A stretch of DNA of 64,000 nt, taken from positions 8,785 through 72,784 of the forward strand of contig JAUNOH010000007.1 in assembly GCA_030537155.1 (NCBI GenBank), written 5' to 3'. The first letter of the stretch is position 1, and every line of letters begins with the position of its first letter. Below the pieces are notes generated by a model that had not been told where the DNA came from, did no database searches, and worked only from the letters and a program-made list of their open reading frames with translations. Source of the DNA: Bacillota bacterium. GTDB taxonomy: Bacteria > Bacillota_I > Bacilli_A > RFN20 > CAG-826. Below are positions 13,047 to 22,878 of the stretch, piece by piece. Both the position numbers and the translations under genes were made by a program.

Positions 13047-13805
13047 ATGCTTGGAAGAATCCATTCTATCGAGACATTCGGCGGGGTCGATGGCCCCGGA
13101 ACGCGCTTCGTCCTGTTCATGCAGGGCTGCCCGCTCCGGTGCAAATTCTGCCACAATCCCGATACCTGGGATCCGACCAAGGGCAAACAGGTCAGCGCCG
13201 AGGAAGTCATCCAAAAGGCCCTCCGGTATCGCGAATACTGGGGTAAGGATGGCGGGATAACCGTCTCTGGGGGCGAACCCCTGATGCAGATGGAATTCCT
13301 CCTTGAGCTCTTCACTGAGGCGAAGAAGTATGGCATCAACACCTGCATCGACACCTCGGGGGGCTGCTATAGCGACCACGGACCACGCTTCGAGCTATTC
13401 AAGAAGCTGATGGAAGTGACCGACCTGCTATTAGTCGACATCAAGCACATCGATCCGGCTGAGCATATTGCTCTCACCGGGGTGGCGAATGACGATATCA
13501 TGAAGATGTTCGCCTACCTCGATTCGATCCATAAGCCGATCTGGATCCGCCATGTGCTCGTCCCCGGCATCTCCGATTTCGATGGGTATCTACGAAGGAT
13601 GGCCTCCTTCATCGCCACCTTATCGAATGTCGAGAAAGTCGAAGTGCTCCCCTTCCACAAATTCGGGGAGTACAAATGGGAACTGTTAGGCATCCCCTAT
13701 CAGCTTAAGGACACCGAACCGCCTACCCAGGAAAGGGTGGAGAACGCCGAGCGAATCTTAAACGCCGGCTTAGAACAATCCAAACTTAGGAGAGAAAAGC
13801 AATGA
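13047..13805 (+). CDS. pflA: pyruvate formate-lyase activating enzyme (radical SAM)
   Basis: [14 protein letters not shown] radical-SAM cluster motif and GGEPL. Directly precedes and overlaps pflB. Confidence 0.9.
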   Translation: MLGRIHSIETFGGVDGPGTRFVLFMQGCPLRCKFCHNPDTWDPTKGKQVSAEEVIQKALRYREYWGKDGGITVSGGEPLMQMEFLLELFTEAKKYGINTCIDTSGGCYSDHGPRFELFKKLMEVTDLLLVDIKHIDPAEHIALTGVANDDIMKMFAYLDSIHKPIWIRHVLVPGISDFDGYLRRMASFIATLSNVEKVEVLPFHKFGEYKWELLGIPYQLKDTEPPTQERVENAERILNAGLEQSKLRREKQ

Positions 13806-16048
13806 AAGAAGAATGGAGATCATTCAAAATCGGCAAGTGGGCCGAGGAAGTCGACGTCCGTGACTTCATCCAAAACAACTACACCGCCTACGAGGGAGAT
13901 TCCTCCTTCCTCGCCGGACCGACCGCCGCCACCGTTGAACTCTGGGGCAAAGTCCAGGATCTTCAGCATCAGGAGCGCGCCAAGGGCGGCGTCCTCGACA
14001 TGGAGACCGAAGTCGTCTCCGGTTTGACCGCCTATGGCCCCGGCTACATCGATGAGAAGGCCAAGGGATTAGAGAAAGTCGTAGGCCTCCAGACCGACAA
14101 ACCCCTGAAGAGGGCCTTCATGCCCTATGGTGGCATCAACATGGCTGAGCAGGCCTGCACCACCTATGGCTACACCCCCTCCCCCAAGCTCCACGAGATC
14201 TTCACCCAGTATCATAAGACCCATAACCAGGGCGTCTTCGATGCCTACACCCCGGAGATGCTCCGCTGCCGCCATTCGAAGATCCTCACCGGTCTTCCCG
14301 ACACCTATGGCCGTGGCCGTATCGTCGGTGACTACCGCCGTATCGCCCTCTATGGCATCGACTACCTCATCGAGCAGAAGAAGCATGACCTCGCCGGCTG
14401 CGGCGATGGCGCCATGTATTCCAAAGTCATCCGCAAGAGGGAAGAGATTGCCGATCAGATCCGCGCCCTCGGCCAGATGAAGGAGATGGCCGCCGTCTAT
14501 GGCTATGACATCTCCAAACCGGCCCAGAACGCCCACGAGGCCGTCCAGTGGCTCTACTTCGGCTATTTAGCCGCCATCAAGACCCAGAACGGCGCCGCCA
14601 TGTCCGTCGGCCGCGTCTCCACCTTCTTGGATATCTACATCCAGAGGGACCTCGAGGAAGGCACCATCACCGAAAGCGAAGCCCAGGAACTCATCGACCA
14701 CCTCGTCATGAAGTTCAGGATGGTCAAGTTCGCCCGTATCCCCTCCTACAACCAGCTATTCTCCGGTGACCCCGTCTGGGCGACCCTGGTCGTTGCTGGC
14801 GTCGGACAGGATGGCCGCCACATGGTCACCAAGAACGACTTCCGCTTCCTCCACACCCTCGAGAACATGGGTCCCTCCCCGGAGCCCAACCTCACCGTGC
14901 TCTACACCGAGAGGCTCCCGGAGAACTTCAGGAAGTATGCCGCCTTCATCTCGGTCACCACTTCCTCCATCCAATACGAGAACGATGACGTCATGCGTCC
15001 CGTCTGGGGCGATGACTACGCCATCTGCTGCTGCGTCTCCGCCACCCAGACCGGCAAGGAAATGCAGTTCTTCGGCGCCCGCGCCAACCTCGCCAAGTGC
15101 CTCTTATACGCCATCAACGGCGGCGTCGATGAGAAGCTGAAGACCCAGGTCGGCCCCGAGACCCGTCCCATCACCTCCGAATATCTCGACTACGACGAGG
15201 TTATGCACAAGTATGATGCCATGATGGGCTGGCTCGCCGGCGTCTACGTCAACACCCTCAACCTCATCCAGTACATGCACGATAAGTACAACTACGAGGC
15301 GGCTGAGATGGCCTTAATTGACACCAACGTCAGAAGGACCTTCGCCACCGGCATCGCCGGCTTCAGCCACGTCGTCGACAGCTTATCCGCCATCAAATAT
15401 GCCAAAGTCAAAACCATCCGCGATGAGAATGGCTTAGTCGTCGACTACGAAGTCGAGGGCGAATTCCCCCGCTATGGCAACGACGATGACCGCGCCGATG
15501 AGATCGCCGTCTGGCTATTGAAGACCTTCATGGCCAAGATCAAGAGGCATCACACCTACAGGAATGCTGAGCCGACCACCTCGATCCTCACCATCACCTC
15601 CAACGTCGTCTATGGCAAAGCCACCGGCTCTATGCCCGATGGCCGCAAAGCCGGCGAACCCCTCTCCCCGGGTGCCAACCCCGCCTACGGGGCCGAGACC
15701 AGCGGCTTATTGGCCTCCCTCAACTCGGTGGCCAAGCTCCCATACGAGTATGCCTTAGACGGCATCTCCAACACCCAGACCATCGCCCCCTCCACCTTGG
15801 GCAAAACCACCGAGGAGAGGACCGAGACCTTAGTCAGGGTTTTGGATGGTTACTTCCATAAGGGCGCCCACCACCTCAACGTCAACGTCTTCGGCGTTGA
15901 TAAGCTCGTCGATGCCATGGAGCATCCCGAGAAGCCCGAATACGCGAACTTCACCATCCGCGTCTCCGGCTACGCTGTCAAGTTCATCGACTTGACCAGG
16001 GAGCAGCAGCTCGACGTCATCGCCCGTCACGCCCACGAGCGCCTCTAA
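13802..16048 (+). CDS. pflB: pyruvate formate-lyase (glycyl radical enzyme)
   Basis: 748 aa. Active-site CC (AICCCVSA) and the C-terminal glycyl-radical motif RVSGYAVKF. Confidence 0.95.
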   Translation: MKEEWRSFKIGKWAEEVDVRDFIQNNYTAYEGDSSFLAGPTAATVELWGKVQDLQHQERAKGGVLDMETEVVSGLTAYGPGYIDEKAKGLEKVVGLQTDKPLKRAFMPYGGINMAEQACTTYGYTPSPKLHEIFTQYHKTHNQGVFDAYTPEMLRCRHSKILTGLPDTYGRGRIVGDYRRIALYGIDYLIEQKKHDLAGCGDGAMYSKVIRKREEIADQIRALGQMKEMAAVYGYDISKPAQNAHEAVQWLYFGYLAAIKTQNGAAMSVGRVSTFLDIYIQRDLEEGTITESEAQELIDHLVMKFRMVKFARIPSYNQLFSGDPVWATLVVAGVGQDGRHMVTKNDFRFLHTLENMGPSPEPNLTVLYTERLPENFRKYAAFISVTTSSIQYENDDVMRPVWGDDYAICCCVSATQTGKEMQFFGARANLAKCLLYAINGGVDEKLKTQVGPETRPITSEYLDYDEVMHKYDAMMGWLAGVYVNTLNLIQYMHDKYNYEAAEMALIDTNVRRTFATGIAGFSHVVDSLSAIKYAKVKTIRDENGLVVDYEVEGEFPRYGNDDDRADEIAVWLLKTFMAKIKRHHTYRNAEPTTSILTITSNVVYGKATGSMPDGRKAGEPLSPGANPAYGAETSGLLASLNSVAKLPYEYALDGISNTQTIAPSTLGKTTEERTETLVRVLDGYFHKGAHHLNVNVFGVDKLVDAMEHPEKPEYANFTIRVSGYAVKFIDLTREQQLDVIARHAHERL

Positions 16049-16062
16049 TCCACAACAAACCA

Positions 16063-16090
16063 AGGTCGTCCGAAAGGACGGCCTTTTTTC
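16063..16090 (+). terminator. intrinsic terminator after pflB
   Basis: Stem AGGTCGTCC / GGACGGCCT (one G-U pair), loop GAAA, then TTTTTTC. Confidence 0.75.
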
Positions 16091-16154
16091 TTACTTTTTA
16101 GTTCAAATTCCACGTATCTAGATTAAGATATCCGCTGAAAGAGAAAGGATTTTC

Positions 16155-17384
16155 ATGAAAAAGAGTCTACTTAAGAAATACGCCGAATTGCTCGTTAGAA
16201 GCGGCATTGCCTTAAAGAGGGGCCAATCGGTGAGGATCGTCGCCCGTTTGGAGATTGAGGAATTCACCGCCATGGTCGTGGAGGAATGCTATAAGCGCGG
16301 CGCCAAACGCGTCGTCGTCAGCTGGCAGAGCGACCTCGTCACCCGCGCCGAGATGAAGAGGGGGAAGAAGGAAAACCTGGCCAAGGTGCTTCCGATGGAG
16401 GAAGCCATGGAAAAGTGGCTGACCGACGATCTTCCCTGCCTCCTATGGCTTGATAGCGATGATCCGGACGGCATGGCTGGGCTGGATGTCAGCAAATTCG
16501 CCTACATCCGACAGGAGAAGTTCAAGGTCCTCGGGCATTACCGCACCGAGCGCGAGAATAAGTATCAGTGGTGTATCGCCGGGGTTCCGGGGGTCAAATG
16601 GGCCCAGAAGGTCTTCCCGGAGGAGAAGAGCAAGAAGAAGGCCGTCGAGAAGCTTTGGCAGGCCATCTTGGAGACTTCCAGGGCCGCGGATGGCAACGGC
16701 ATCAAGAATTGGGAGGCCCACGATTTAGATTTGAAGAAGCGGTGCGACTACCTCAATTCGCTTAAGCTAAAAAGCCTCCATTACACCTCCTCCAACGGCA
16801 CGGACTTAACCGTTGGATTGATTCCCGGCGTCATCTTCTTAGGCGGCGGAGAGACGAATTTAGGAGGGGTTTTCTACCAGCCCAACATCCCGAGCGAGGA
16901 ATGCTTCACCAGCCCCATGAAGGGCGAGGCCGAGGGCATTGTCTATTCGGCGAAGCCCTTAAGCTACAACGGGGTTCTTATTGAGAATTTCTGGGTCCGC
17001 TTCGAAAAGGGCAAAGCCGTTGAGGTCCACGCTGAAAAGGGCGAGGAGGCTCTTGCCTCCATCCTGACCCTCGATGAGGGTTCCGCCTATTTGGGCGAAT
17101 GTGCCTTGGTTCCCTACGATTCCCCCATCAATAACACCGGATTGCTCTTCTATAACACCCTCTTCGATGAAAACGCGGCCTGCCATTTGGCCTTGGGGCG
17201 CGGATTCACGATGCTATATCCCGAATTCGAGAAGTATAGCGAGGAGGAGTTGCTTGCAAAGGGCATCAACAAATCGCTCTCCCACGTCGACTTCATGATC
17301 GGCTCGAAAGACCTCAGCATCGTCGGCACGACCGTCGATGGCAAGGAAGTGGCCATCTTCAAGGACGGCAACTGGGCCTTCTAA
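16155..17384 (+). CDS. M29-family aminopeptidase (AmpS/PepS-like)
   Basis: 409 aa. N-terminal LLKKYAELLVRSGIALKRGQ and overall resemblance to thermophilic metalloaminopeptidases. AGAAAGGA lies before the ATG. Confidence 0.75.
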   Translation: MKKSLLKKYAELLVRSGIALKRGQSVRIVARLEIEEFTAMVVEECYKRGAKRVVVSWQSDLVTRAEMKRGKKENLAKVLPMEEAMEKWLTDDLPCLLWLDSDDPDGMAGLDVSKFAYIRQEKFKVLGHYRTERENKYQWCIAGVPGVKWAQKVFPEEKSKKKAVEKLWQAILETSRAADGNGIKNWEAHDLDLKKRCDYLNSLKLKSLHYTSSNGTDLTVGLIPGVIFLGGGETNLGGVFYQPNIPSEECFTSPMKGEAEGIVYSAKPLSYNGVLIENFWVRFEKGKAVEVHAEKGEEALASILTLDEGSAYLGECALVPYDSPINNTGLLFYNTLFDENAACHLALGRGFTMLYPEFEKYSEEELLAKGINKSLSHVDFMIGSKDLSIVGTTVDGKEVAIFKDGNWAF

Positions 17385-17396
17385 AGGTAGATAAAG

Positions 17397-17426
17397 AAAG
17401 AGGCTGGTGTCTAACCAGCCTCTTTT
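17397..17426. terminator. bidirectional intrinsic terminator between convergent genes
   Basis: 11-bp perfect stem AAAGAGGCTGG / CCAGCCTCTTT with A/T tracts on both sides. Confidence 0.75.
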
Positions 17427-17463
17427 GATGTTTTCGTTCAAAAAAATAGTTAACCGAATCGCC

Positions 17464-18306
17464 TCAAAGCGAATAGAAAATTCGATATTCGGCGGTGTAG
17501 TCGGAATAGGCCTTATCCAGCAGGAAGGCATCGGCGATGAAGCGCATGAAATATGAGGCCTCGGACGCCTCGGCATACGATTCGTCGTTTAATGCCTCTG
17601 AATATGATATATAAAGGGCGCCATTATCTTCATAAAGGCATTCATAGGCGAAATCGTAATCCTTTCTTCTCTCAAAAAGCTTAGCCCCGACTAAGACTAC
17701 GAATGAGGAAAAGTCTATCGTCGAAGGCAATTTTAGATACGAATAGATTTCAGGATAATCTTCCGCGAATTGCGCGTACGAATCTTGGTTTTCGATCATC
17801 ATAGGGCTGGAGAGATCGGCGTAGAGCTCGCTGTTGGCGCATTCGTAATATGGGGCGTCGGTAATCCTGGAATCGAAGCTACTGACCTTAAACGATTTAT
17901 AAAAGCCGGAAAAAGAATAAGAGAAGCTGAGGCTAGTCGCGGAACGGAGCGATTCGATGAGGAACAACTGGGTTTTCTGACTATAGAAATAGTAGTTATA
18001 AAAATCGGGAACGACGATGTTTAAACTTTCTGTGTCGTAGGTGAAAACGGGTTTGGTTTCATCTGAGAAATTTCCGACGCAGTCCAAACTGATGAGCAAA
18101 TAGTAGGTGGTGTGAATTTGCAGTGATGATGCAGGCACTTGTTCAGTTTGGTTATATTCCGAGTATACCGAGATGCTCGCGTCGTTGATTGAAAACGCGG
18201 CAGCGGAGGAAGATGATCCTGAGATTGATGAGGCAGCAGGGGAACAGGAGGATAAAAGAAGTGGCATAGCCACTAGTGAAAATAAAATTGGCCTCCTTAA
18301 GCGCAT
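17464..18306 (-). CDS. lipoprotein, unknown function (S/Y/F-rich)
   Basis: Signal peptide with lipobox LLSSC (MRLRRPILFSLVAMPLLLSSC). Confidence 0.7.
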   Translation of the reverse strand: MRLRRPILFSLVAMPLLLSSCSPAASSISGSSSSAAAFSINDASISVYSEYNQTEQVPASSLQIHTTYYLLISLDCVGNFSDETKPVFTYDTESLNIVVPDFYNYYFYSQKTQLFLIESLRSATSLSFSYSFSGFYKSFKVSSFDSRITDAPYYECANSELYADLSSPMMIENQDSYAQFAEDYPEIYSYLKLPSTIDFSSFVVLVGAKLFERRKDYDFAYECLYEDNGALYISYSEALNDESYAEASEASYFMRFIADAFLLDKAYSDYTAEYRIFYSL

Positions 18307-18458
18307 GCCCTATTTTTCATCAATGACTATATTTTTTCAATTCGAAATAACGCCGGTTATCCGCGGGCTAAAAAATCGATAACAAACGACTGCGTCTCAT
18401 ATCGCGTCCTTTGAGGCGTTTTGGAAGCGCATTGCTTAGCAAAGCCTTCGATATCTCA

Positions 18459-18464
18459 TATAAT
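18459..18464 (+). promoter_or_regulatory. candidate -10 box (TATAAT) for the rubrerythrin gene; leadered
   Basis: TATAAT lies 27 nt before the ATG, with SD AAGGAGGA in between. Confidence 0.4.
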
Positions 18465-18491
18465 ATGGCCATCCAAGGAGGATTCTAAAAA

Positions 18492-19031
18492 ATGGAATTG
18501 AAAGGATCAAAAACAGAGAAGTGCCTGATGGAGGCCTTCGCTGGCGAGAGCCAGGCTCGCACCAAGTACACCTATTACGCGTCTAAGGCCCGTAAAGAGG
18601 GGTATGAGCAGATTGCCGCCATCTTCGAGGAGACCGCCGGAAACGAGCATGAGCATGCCAAACTATGGTTTAAGTACCTTCATGGCGGCGAAGTTCCTAC
18701 CACCGTCGAAAATCTCGAGGATGCCGCCAATGGCGAAAACTATGAGCACACCAACATGTACCCCGAGTTCGCCAAGATCGCCGAAGAAGAGGGCTTCACC
18801 GAAATCGCCGCGAAGTTCCGCCTCGTCGGCAAGGTCGAAGAAACCCACGAGCAAAGGTATCTGAAGCTTCTCGAGAAGGTTAAGGGCGGTGTGGTGTTCG
18901 TCTCTGATGACGTCGCCATCTGGAAATGCCGTAATTGCGGTGCTCTCGTCGTTGGAAAATACGCCCCCGAGATTTGCCCCGTCTGCAAGCATCCGAAAGC
19001 CTATTTCGAGCTTCAGGCCACCAATTATTAA
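18492..19031 (+). CDS. rbr: rubrerythrin
   Basis: Ferritin-like diiron E..H motifs and a C-terminal rubredoxin-like CRNCG...CPVCKHPK. Confidence 0.9.
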   Translation: MELKGSKTEKCLMEAFAGESQARTKYTYYASKARKEGYEQIAAIFEETAGNEHEHAKLWFKYLHGGEVPTTVENLEDAANGENYEHTNMYPEFAKIAEEEGFTEIAAKFRLVGKVEETHEQRYLKLLEKVKGGVVFVSDDVAIWKCRNCGALVVGKYAPEICPVCKHPKAYFELQATNY

Positions 19032-19052
19032 TCTCTCACCGATTTGAAAGAC

Positions 19053-19078
19053 GACCGCCTTCGGGCGGTTTTCTTTTG
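19053..19078 (+). terminator. intrinsic terminator after rbr
   Basis: Stem ACCGCC / GGCGGT, loop TTCG, then TTTCTTTTGG. Confidence 0.7.
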
Positions 19079-19083
19079 GCATT

Positions 19084-19108
19084 AAAAAAGCCCCCACGAA
19101 GGAGGCTT
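19084..19108 (-). terminator. intrinsic terminator of the minus-strand gene ending at 19123
   Basis: The minus strand reads AGCCTCC-TTCGT-GGGGGCT followed by TTTTTT. Confidence 0.65.
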
Positions 19109-19122
19109 AGTTTATGGGTTGA

Positions 19123-20202
19123 TTAGGCCCTGCGGATGGTGCCTTTGACGGAGTGGACGCGGACGCGGCCAGTGGAGCCGGCTAGCTCTTTAGCGTAAGC
19201 GATGGCTTCCTTCTGGGTCTTGAAGTGCTTGTTGGCCTTTTCGGCGCCTTCGCCCTTCACTTTCCAGCCACCTTTTTTGGTCTTTCCGCGCTTGGAGACG
19301 TGATAGACCTTTCCGGTGCCAGTAGTGGGTTTCTTCTTCCTGCGCTTGCTGGAAGCTTTCTTCTTGCCACTGGATTTCTTCTTGGCGGGAGCGGGTTTCT
19401 TCTCAACCGGTTTCTCCTCGACGGGAGCAGCTTCCTCAGCGGGCTTCTCCTCTTCGGCAACAGGTTCTTCGACCGGTTTTTCTTCCTCGACGGGAGCGGG
19501 CTCTTCAGCCGGTTCCTCAACGGGTTTTTCTTCCTCAACGGGTTCCTCGGCAGGGGCCTCTTCGGCGACGACGGGCTCAGCTTCTTCGGTCGGCTCAGCC
19601 TCTTCTACGGGTTCCTCAACGGGTTTTTCTTCCTCGACGTGTTCCTCGGCAGGGGCCTCTTCGGCGACGACGGGAGCGGGCTCTTCAGCGGGTTCTTCCT
19701 CAACGGGTTTTTCTTCTTCAACGGCGGGTTTTTCTTCGGCAGCGACGAAGACGGTGACCTCATACGGTTTGCCCTTTAAAACGGCAGCGGCGAATAGGCA
19801 GCCAGAGATAAAGAAGAATACGCCGGCGACGACAATCAATCCGGCAGCCAGATTGCGATCAGCGATTGACGAATTCCCTTTAACGGCAGCGAAAATGACG
19901 ATGTACTCGGCGCAAGTCAGACCAGCCCAGCAGCCGGCAAAATCGGCTAGCAGATAAAGGAAGGCCTTGCGTTTGAGGCAGATGATGAAACCGACAACCA
20001 GACAGATGACGGTGATGACGACTGCAATCGCCGAAAGTATGGCTGCTGTTCCACCGCTGTTACTGATTTTGGTGGTGGCTTCGGTGGACCATACGGCTCC
20101 GGCGGCTGCAATGGCGACCATAACGAAAATCTCAGCAACCACCGCCGCGAGGATGCCAAGGATTACGAACAGTTCGCCCTTACTCCTTTTTGTTTCTTTC
20201 AT
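19123..20202 (-). CDS. membrane protein with about 4-5 N-terminal TM segments, an E/P/V/K/A-rich repeat linker, a lysine-rich tract and a C-terminal DUF2188-like domain
   Basis: Hydrophobic N-terminus, a repeated (EEKPVEEP/AEEAPAEE) region, and C-terminal YHVSKRGKTKKGGWKVKGEGAEKANKHFKTQKEAIAYAKELA resembling DUF2188. GAGGAGA lies before the ATG. Confidence 0.75.
   Translation of the reverse strand: MKETKRSKGELFVILGILAAVVAEIFVMVAIAAAGAVWSTEATTKISNSGGTAAILSAIAVVITVICLVVGFIICLKRKAFLYLLADFAGCWAGLTCAEYIVIFAAVKGNSSIADRNLAAGLIVVAGVFFFISGCLFAAAVLKGKPYEVTVFVAAEEKPAVEEEKPVEEEPAEEPAPVVAEEAPAEEHVEEEKPVEEPVEEAEPTEEAEPVVAEEAPAEEPVEEEKPVEEPAEEPAPVEEEKPVEEPVAEEEKPAEEAAPVEEKPVEKKPAPAKKKSSGKKKASSKRRKKKPTTGTGKVYHVSKRGKTKKGGWKVKGEGAEKANKHFKTQKEAIAYAKELAGSTGRVRVHSVKGTIRRA
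19511..19674. repeat. intragenic tandem duplication, 99-bp period (33 aa)
   Basis: A 65-nt block GGTTCCTCAACGGGTTTTTCTTCCTC(A/G)ACG(G/T)GTTCCTCGGCAGGGGCCTCTTCGGCGACGACGGG occurs at 19511-19575 and 19610-19674 with 2 mismatches. Confidence 0.85.
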
Positions 20203-20572
20203 TGCTTTTCTCCTCTCTATATATGATTAGCAACTTATCATTAGAATATCCAACTCGAAAATTCGTGCAACAAAAAACTGAACAAAAACGGCACTTTTGG
20301 CGATAATTTTGTCTTCTGTTTTCAAAACGTTCTTTATTCGTGAACAAAAATGTTGTTTTTATTCAGCCATCCTTTTTGAAAACAACCAAGAGTTTTATTA
20401 GCAAATTCCCTTTAGTTTTTAGAGACGTCGATCTTTAGTATGACAAATAGCAAACGCTTTGGATGGCGTTTACAACGTAGATAGATGTTTGGAACCCGTA
20501 ATGAGAGACCGGTCTTTGAGGATGGCTTTTTTGGTCACGTTGTTGAATAAGAGAAATAGGTTTTTTGCGACG

Positions 20573-20601
20573 AAAAAACCGCCATGGTTGGTGGCGGTTT
20601 T
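20573..20601 (-). terminator. intrinsic terminator of the gene ending at 20610
   Basis: 9-bp perfect stem AAACCGCCA / TGGCGGTTT. A T-run follows on the minus strand. Confidence 0.7.
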
Positions 20602-20609
20602 GCGGTTGG

Positions 20610-21026
20610 TTATTTTGACATCAGATAACCGACTAAGTATAGGACCGCAATTAACGTTCCCGATGACGTGTAGAAGAGGTTTCCGGTGTTAACGATTCCA
20701 AGAATTAATTCGCAAATAATTAGAACCAAAATAATGACAGAGAGAATGAACACCCATCCCTTAAACGGGCCTATTCCAATAAAACGGGAAATGCCACCAA
20801 CGCCGCCCAAGATCATGACAACTGAAGTAACGATTCTTAAGCAGCTCGTTCCTATTCCTTCCAAGTTAACTGAGGTGAATGCAGAGACAAACATATCCCA
20901 CGCATCGACGATGCCATAAACGGCCCAGATCAAATAGACGATACTCGCTATCAAGAGCAACACTTTTCCAACTAGTTTCATAAATTTCCTCCAAATAGAT
21001 TTTTCAGCATGGCCGAGATTAATCAA
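20610..21026 (-). CDS. small membrane protein (about 4 TM), unknown
   Basis: Hydrophobic segments. Overlaps the NUDIX gene stop by 8 nt. Confidence 0.6.
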   Translation of the reverse strand: MINLGHAEKSIWRKFMKLVGKVLLLIASIVYLIWAVYGIVDAWDMFVSAFTSVNLEGIGTSCLRIVTSVVMILGGVGGISRFIGIGPFKGWVFILSVIILVLIICELILGIVNTGNLFYTSSGTLIAVLYLVGYLMSK

Positions 21027-21501
21027 CGGTGATTTTCAAATCGCCTGAATAGAATTTTCGGATCATCGGCATTTGGCCTCTGAGCATCTCCTCCTCGGGA
21101 GGTAACTCGTCCTCTGAGAAGAACTTGATAACGCTAGATTCGGAATCGGAAACCTTGGGCTCAATGCCTGTCACCCTGGAATAGAACGTCAGATCGACAT
21201 AGAAGGTTCGGTCTCCGTTTGGGTAGACGATCAACATCTTTGGGCCCGAGTTAATCGCTAGAAGAGTCAGGTCCTCTAAAACAATACCGGTTTCCTCGTA
21301 AACTTCCCTCTTGGCGCCCTCGATGACGGTTTCCCCAATGTCGAGGGATCCACCGGGAGCGCACCAGAGGCCATTGTCGGTCCTTTTTTCGAGCAGTATC
21401 TGATTTCGCTCGTTTATAACCAAAACCTGGAGCCCGATAGAAAGTATTTCTGATTTCCCCACCATCGAACGGAGGTACTTAATATAGTCCTGCATATTCA
21501 A
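21019..21501 (-). CDS. NUDIX hydrolase
   Basis: Nudix box GGSLDIGETVIEGAKREVYEETG. Confidence 0.85.
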   Translation of the reverse strand: MNMQDYIKYLRSMVGKSEILSIGLQVLVINERNQILLEKRTDNGLWCAPGGSLDIGETVIEGAKREVYEETGIVLEDLTLLAINSGPKMLIVYPNGDRTFYVDLTFYSRVTGIEPKVSDSESSVIKFFSEDELPPEEEMLRGQMPMIRKFYSGDLKITVD

Positions 21502-21776
21502 TCCTCCCTGTTGGAGCTCGCTTCATTTGTGTTTAGAGACTTTCTAGAGACGATGCGTGTGGCGATGAAAAGAAGAAGGCAGATCGCCGCCAGTATCCAA
21601 AAAACATAAATAAATGAAAGGAAGACAACAGAAGTGTTCTCGTTAGCTAGATAGCCATCAACAAACTGAAAAACTATAGCCACGATTGAGAAGACTACAG
21701 TCCCGAGAATTGAAGAAATGGTGACCTTCAATAACGTTTCTGGAGAAAGGTGATTAGGGTCAAAGAAGCGTTTCAT
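21498..21776 (-). CDS. small membrane protein (2-3 TM), unknown
   Basis: Hydrophobic segments. 4-nt overlap with the NUDIX start. First gene of the three-gene minus-strand unit. Confidence 0.55.
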   Translation of the reverse strand: MKRFFDPNHLSPETLLKVTISSILGTVVFSIVAIVFQFVDGYLANENTSVVFLSFIYVFWILAAICLLLFIATRIVSRKSLNTNEASSNRED

Positions 21777-21782
21777 AGGGAT

Positions 21783-21788
21783 ATTTTA
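21783..21788 (-). promoter_or_regulatory. -10 box TAAAAT 6 nt upstream of ATG 21776 (leaderless-type layout)
   Basis: The minus strand reads TAAAAT-ATCCCT-ATG with no SD. Confidence 0.45.
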
Positions 21789-22009
21789 ATTAAGTCAACG
21801 AAAGGGCTTAATCTTATTTTTATATAAAGGTCGTTAAAGATTAAAATTGTTATTAATTAAGAGAAGAAAATCATTTATATCCATTAAATTTACGACGATA
21901 TATTCGTTATTGATAAAAGTACGATAAAAACAGAGCTTTTCTTAAAGATTTTGTATATAAAATAAAATATAATGCTGATGTTTTATTACTAATGTCTCTA
22001 GCAACCGAG

Positions 22010-22015
22010 TAAAAT
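22010..22015 (+). promoter_or_regulatory. -10 box TAAAAT 6 nt upstream of ATG 22022 (leaderless-type layout)
   Basis: TAAAAT-CCCGTC-ATG with no SD. Confidence 0.45.
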
Positions 22016-22021
22016 CCCGTC

Positions 22022-22669
22022 ATGAGCTCTAAGAGGATTGATTCGATCATATTCGATATGGATGGCACCCTCGTGGATTGGGCCGGACCCATTTCAGAGG
22101 CCTGGAATGCAATATTCGCGAAATACGGGTGGGAAAAATCCATAACACCAGCCGATTTCGCCTCCTATGCCGGGCACACGACAGCAGAAATTGGCCAGCT
22201 GGCATTTCCTAATGTGTCGCCGGACGAATCGTTCAAGCGTATAGCTATCGCCTCTAAAGAAGAAGTTTCTTATATCGTCAAACTTGCCGGCCGCAAGGAT
22301 ACTTTTGTTCCTGGAATTGATTTCCTGGCTTTTTTAGCAAAAGAATACCAGCTTTTTATAGTTAGTAACTGTATGGCCGGCTACATTGAAGCTTTCTACC
22401 AAATTTATGGCTTTGGGCCTTATTTTATCCGCCATTTAGACAATCGAGATGGCTTCCCGAAATGGGATAACATTAAAAGATTAATATACGAAAATAAATT
22501 ATCTAATCCTGTTTATGTCGGTGATACGTCAATGGATCAAAACGCCTGCAAATTGGCCGGAGTTCCATTCATCTATGCCGCTTATGGTTATGGTCATGTT
22601 GATGAGTCACAAATTTTAGGAAAACTGCCGTCTTTATCGGAACTTCCTTTATTACTTAAGTCTATTTAA
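22022..22669 (+). CDS. HAD-superfamily phosphatase (phosphoglycolate phosphatase/PpaX-like)
   Basis: Motif I FDMDGTLVD and motif IV YVGDTSMD. Confidence 0.8.
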   Translation: MSSKRIDSIIFDMDGTLVDWAGPISEAWNAIFAKYGWEKSITPADFASYAGHTTAEIGQLAFPNVSPDESFKRIAIASKEEVSYIVKLAGRKDTFVPGIDFLAFLAKEYQLFIVSNCMAGYIEAFYQIYGFGPYFIRHLDNRDGFPKWDNIKRLIYENKLSNPVYVGDTSMDQNACKLAGVPFIYAAYGYGHVDESQILGKLPSLSELPLLLKSI

Positions 22670-22750
22670 TCTTTACTTTGTCTTTGTTCTAGTTTAAATG
22701 CCACTCATCCTTTTGCGTGGTATTTTTATTAATTGATTTATAATTCGCTT

Positions 22751-22876
22751 ATGCATATTTATCAGATCGTTGCGATAGTTATTGCCTCAATTGCGCTCCT
22801 TGGCGTTATTGGAGATGTAATTTATCTGGAGATAAAGCGCCGCAAAGGTTTGAAAAACAATCGAACAGGGGATTGA
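22751..22876 (+). CDS. possible 41-aa single-TM peptide
   Basis: The ATG ORF MHIYQIVAIVIASIALLGVIGDVIYLEIKRRKGLKNNRTGD ends 2 nt before the ABC ATPase ATG. It is too short for the ORF track, and I see no clear SD. Confidence 0.3.
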   Translation: MHIYQIVAIVIASIALLGVIGDVIYLEIKRRKGLKNNRTGD

Positions 22877-22878
22877 AT

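Noticed and set aside
18347-18360. ATAAC-GCCG-GTTAT inverted repeat between the lipoprotein and rubrerythrin genes, considered as a PerR/Fur-type box.
   Set aside because: The arms are only 5 bp, it does not resemble the Per/Fur box consensus (TTATAAT-N-ATTATAA), and it lies about 100 bp upstream of the candidate -10.
19316-19957. Repetitive DNA in 19.3-19.8 kb and 25.9 kb, considered as a possible CRISPR array or other non-coding tandem repeat.
   Set aside because: The repeats are in frame within long ORFs and encode E/P/V/K or PE/PA low-complexity protein. There is no repeat-spacer periodicity and there are no cas genes.
20459-20692. 77-aa plus-strand ORF spanning the long intergenic region and the 3' end of the 20610-21026 gene.
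   Set aside because: It runs through a terminator hairpin and into an opposite-strand gene, with no SD or promoter. It is likely spurious.
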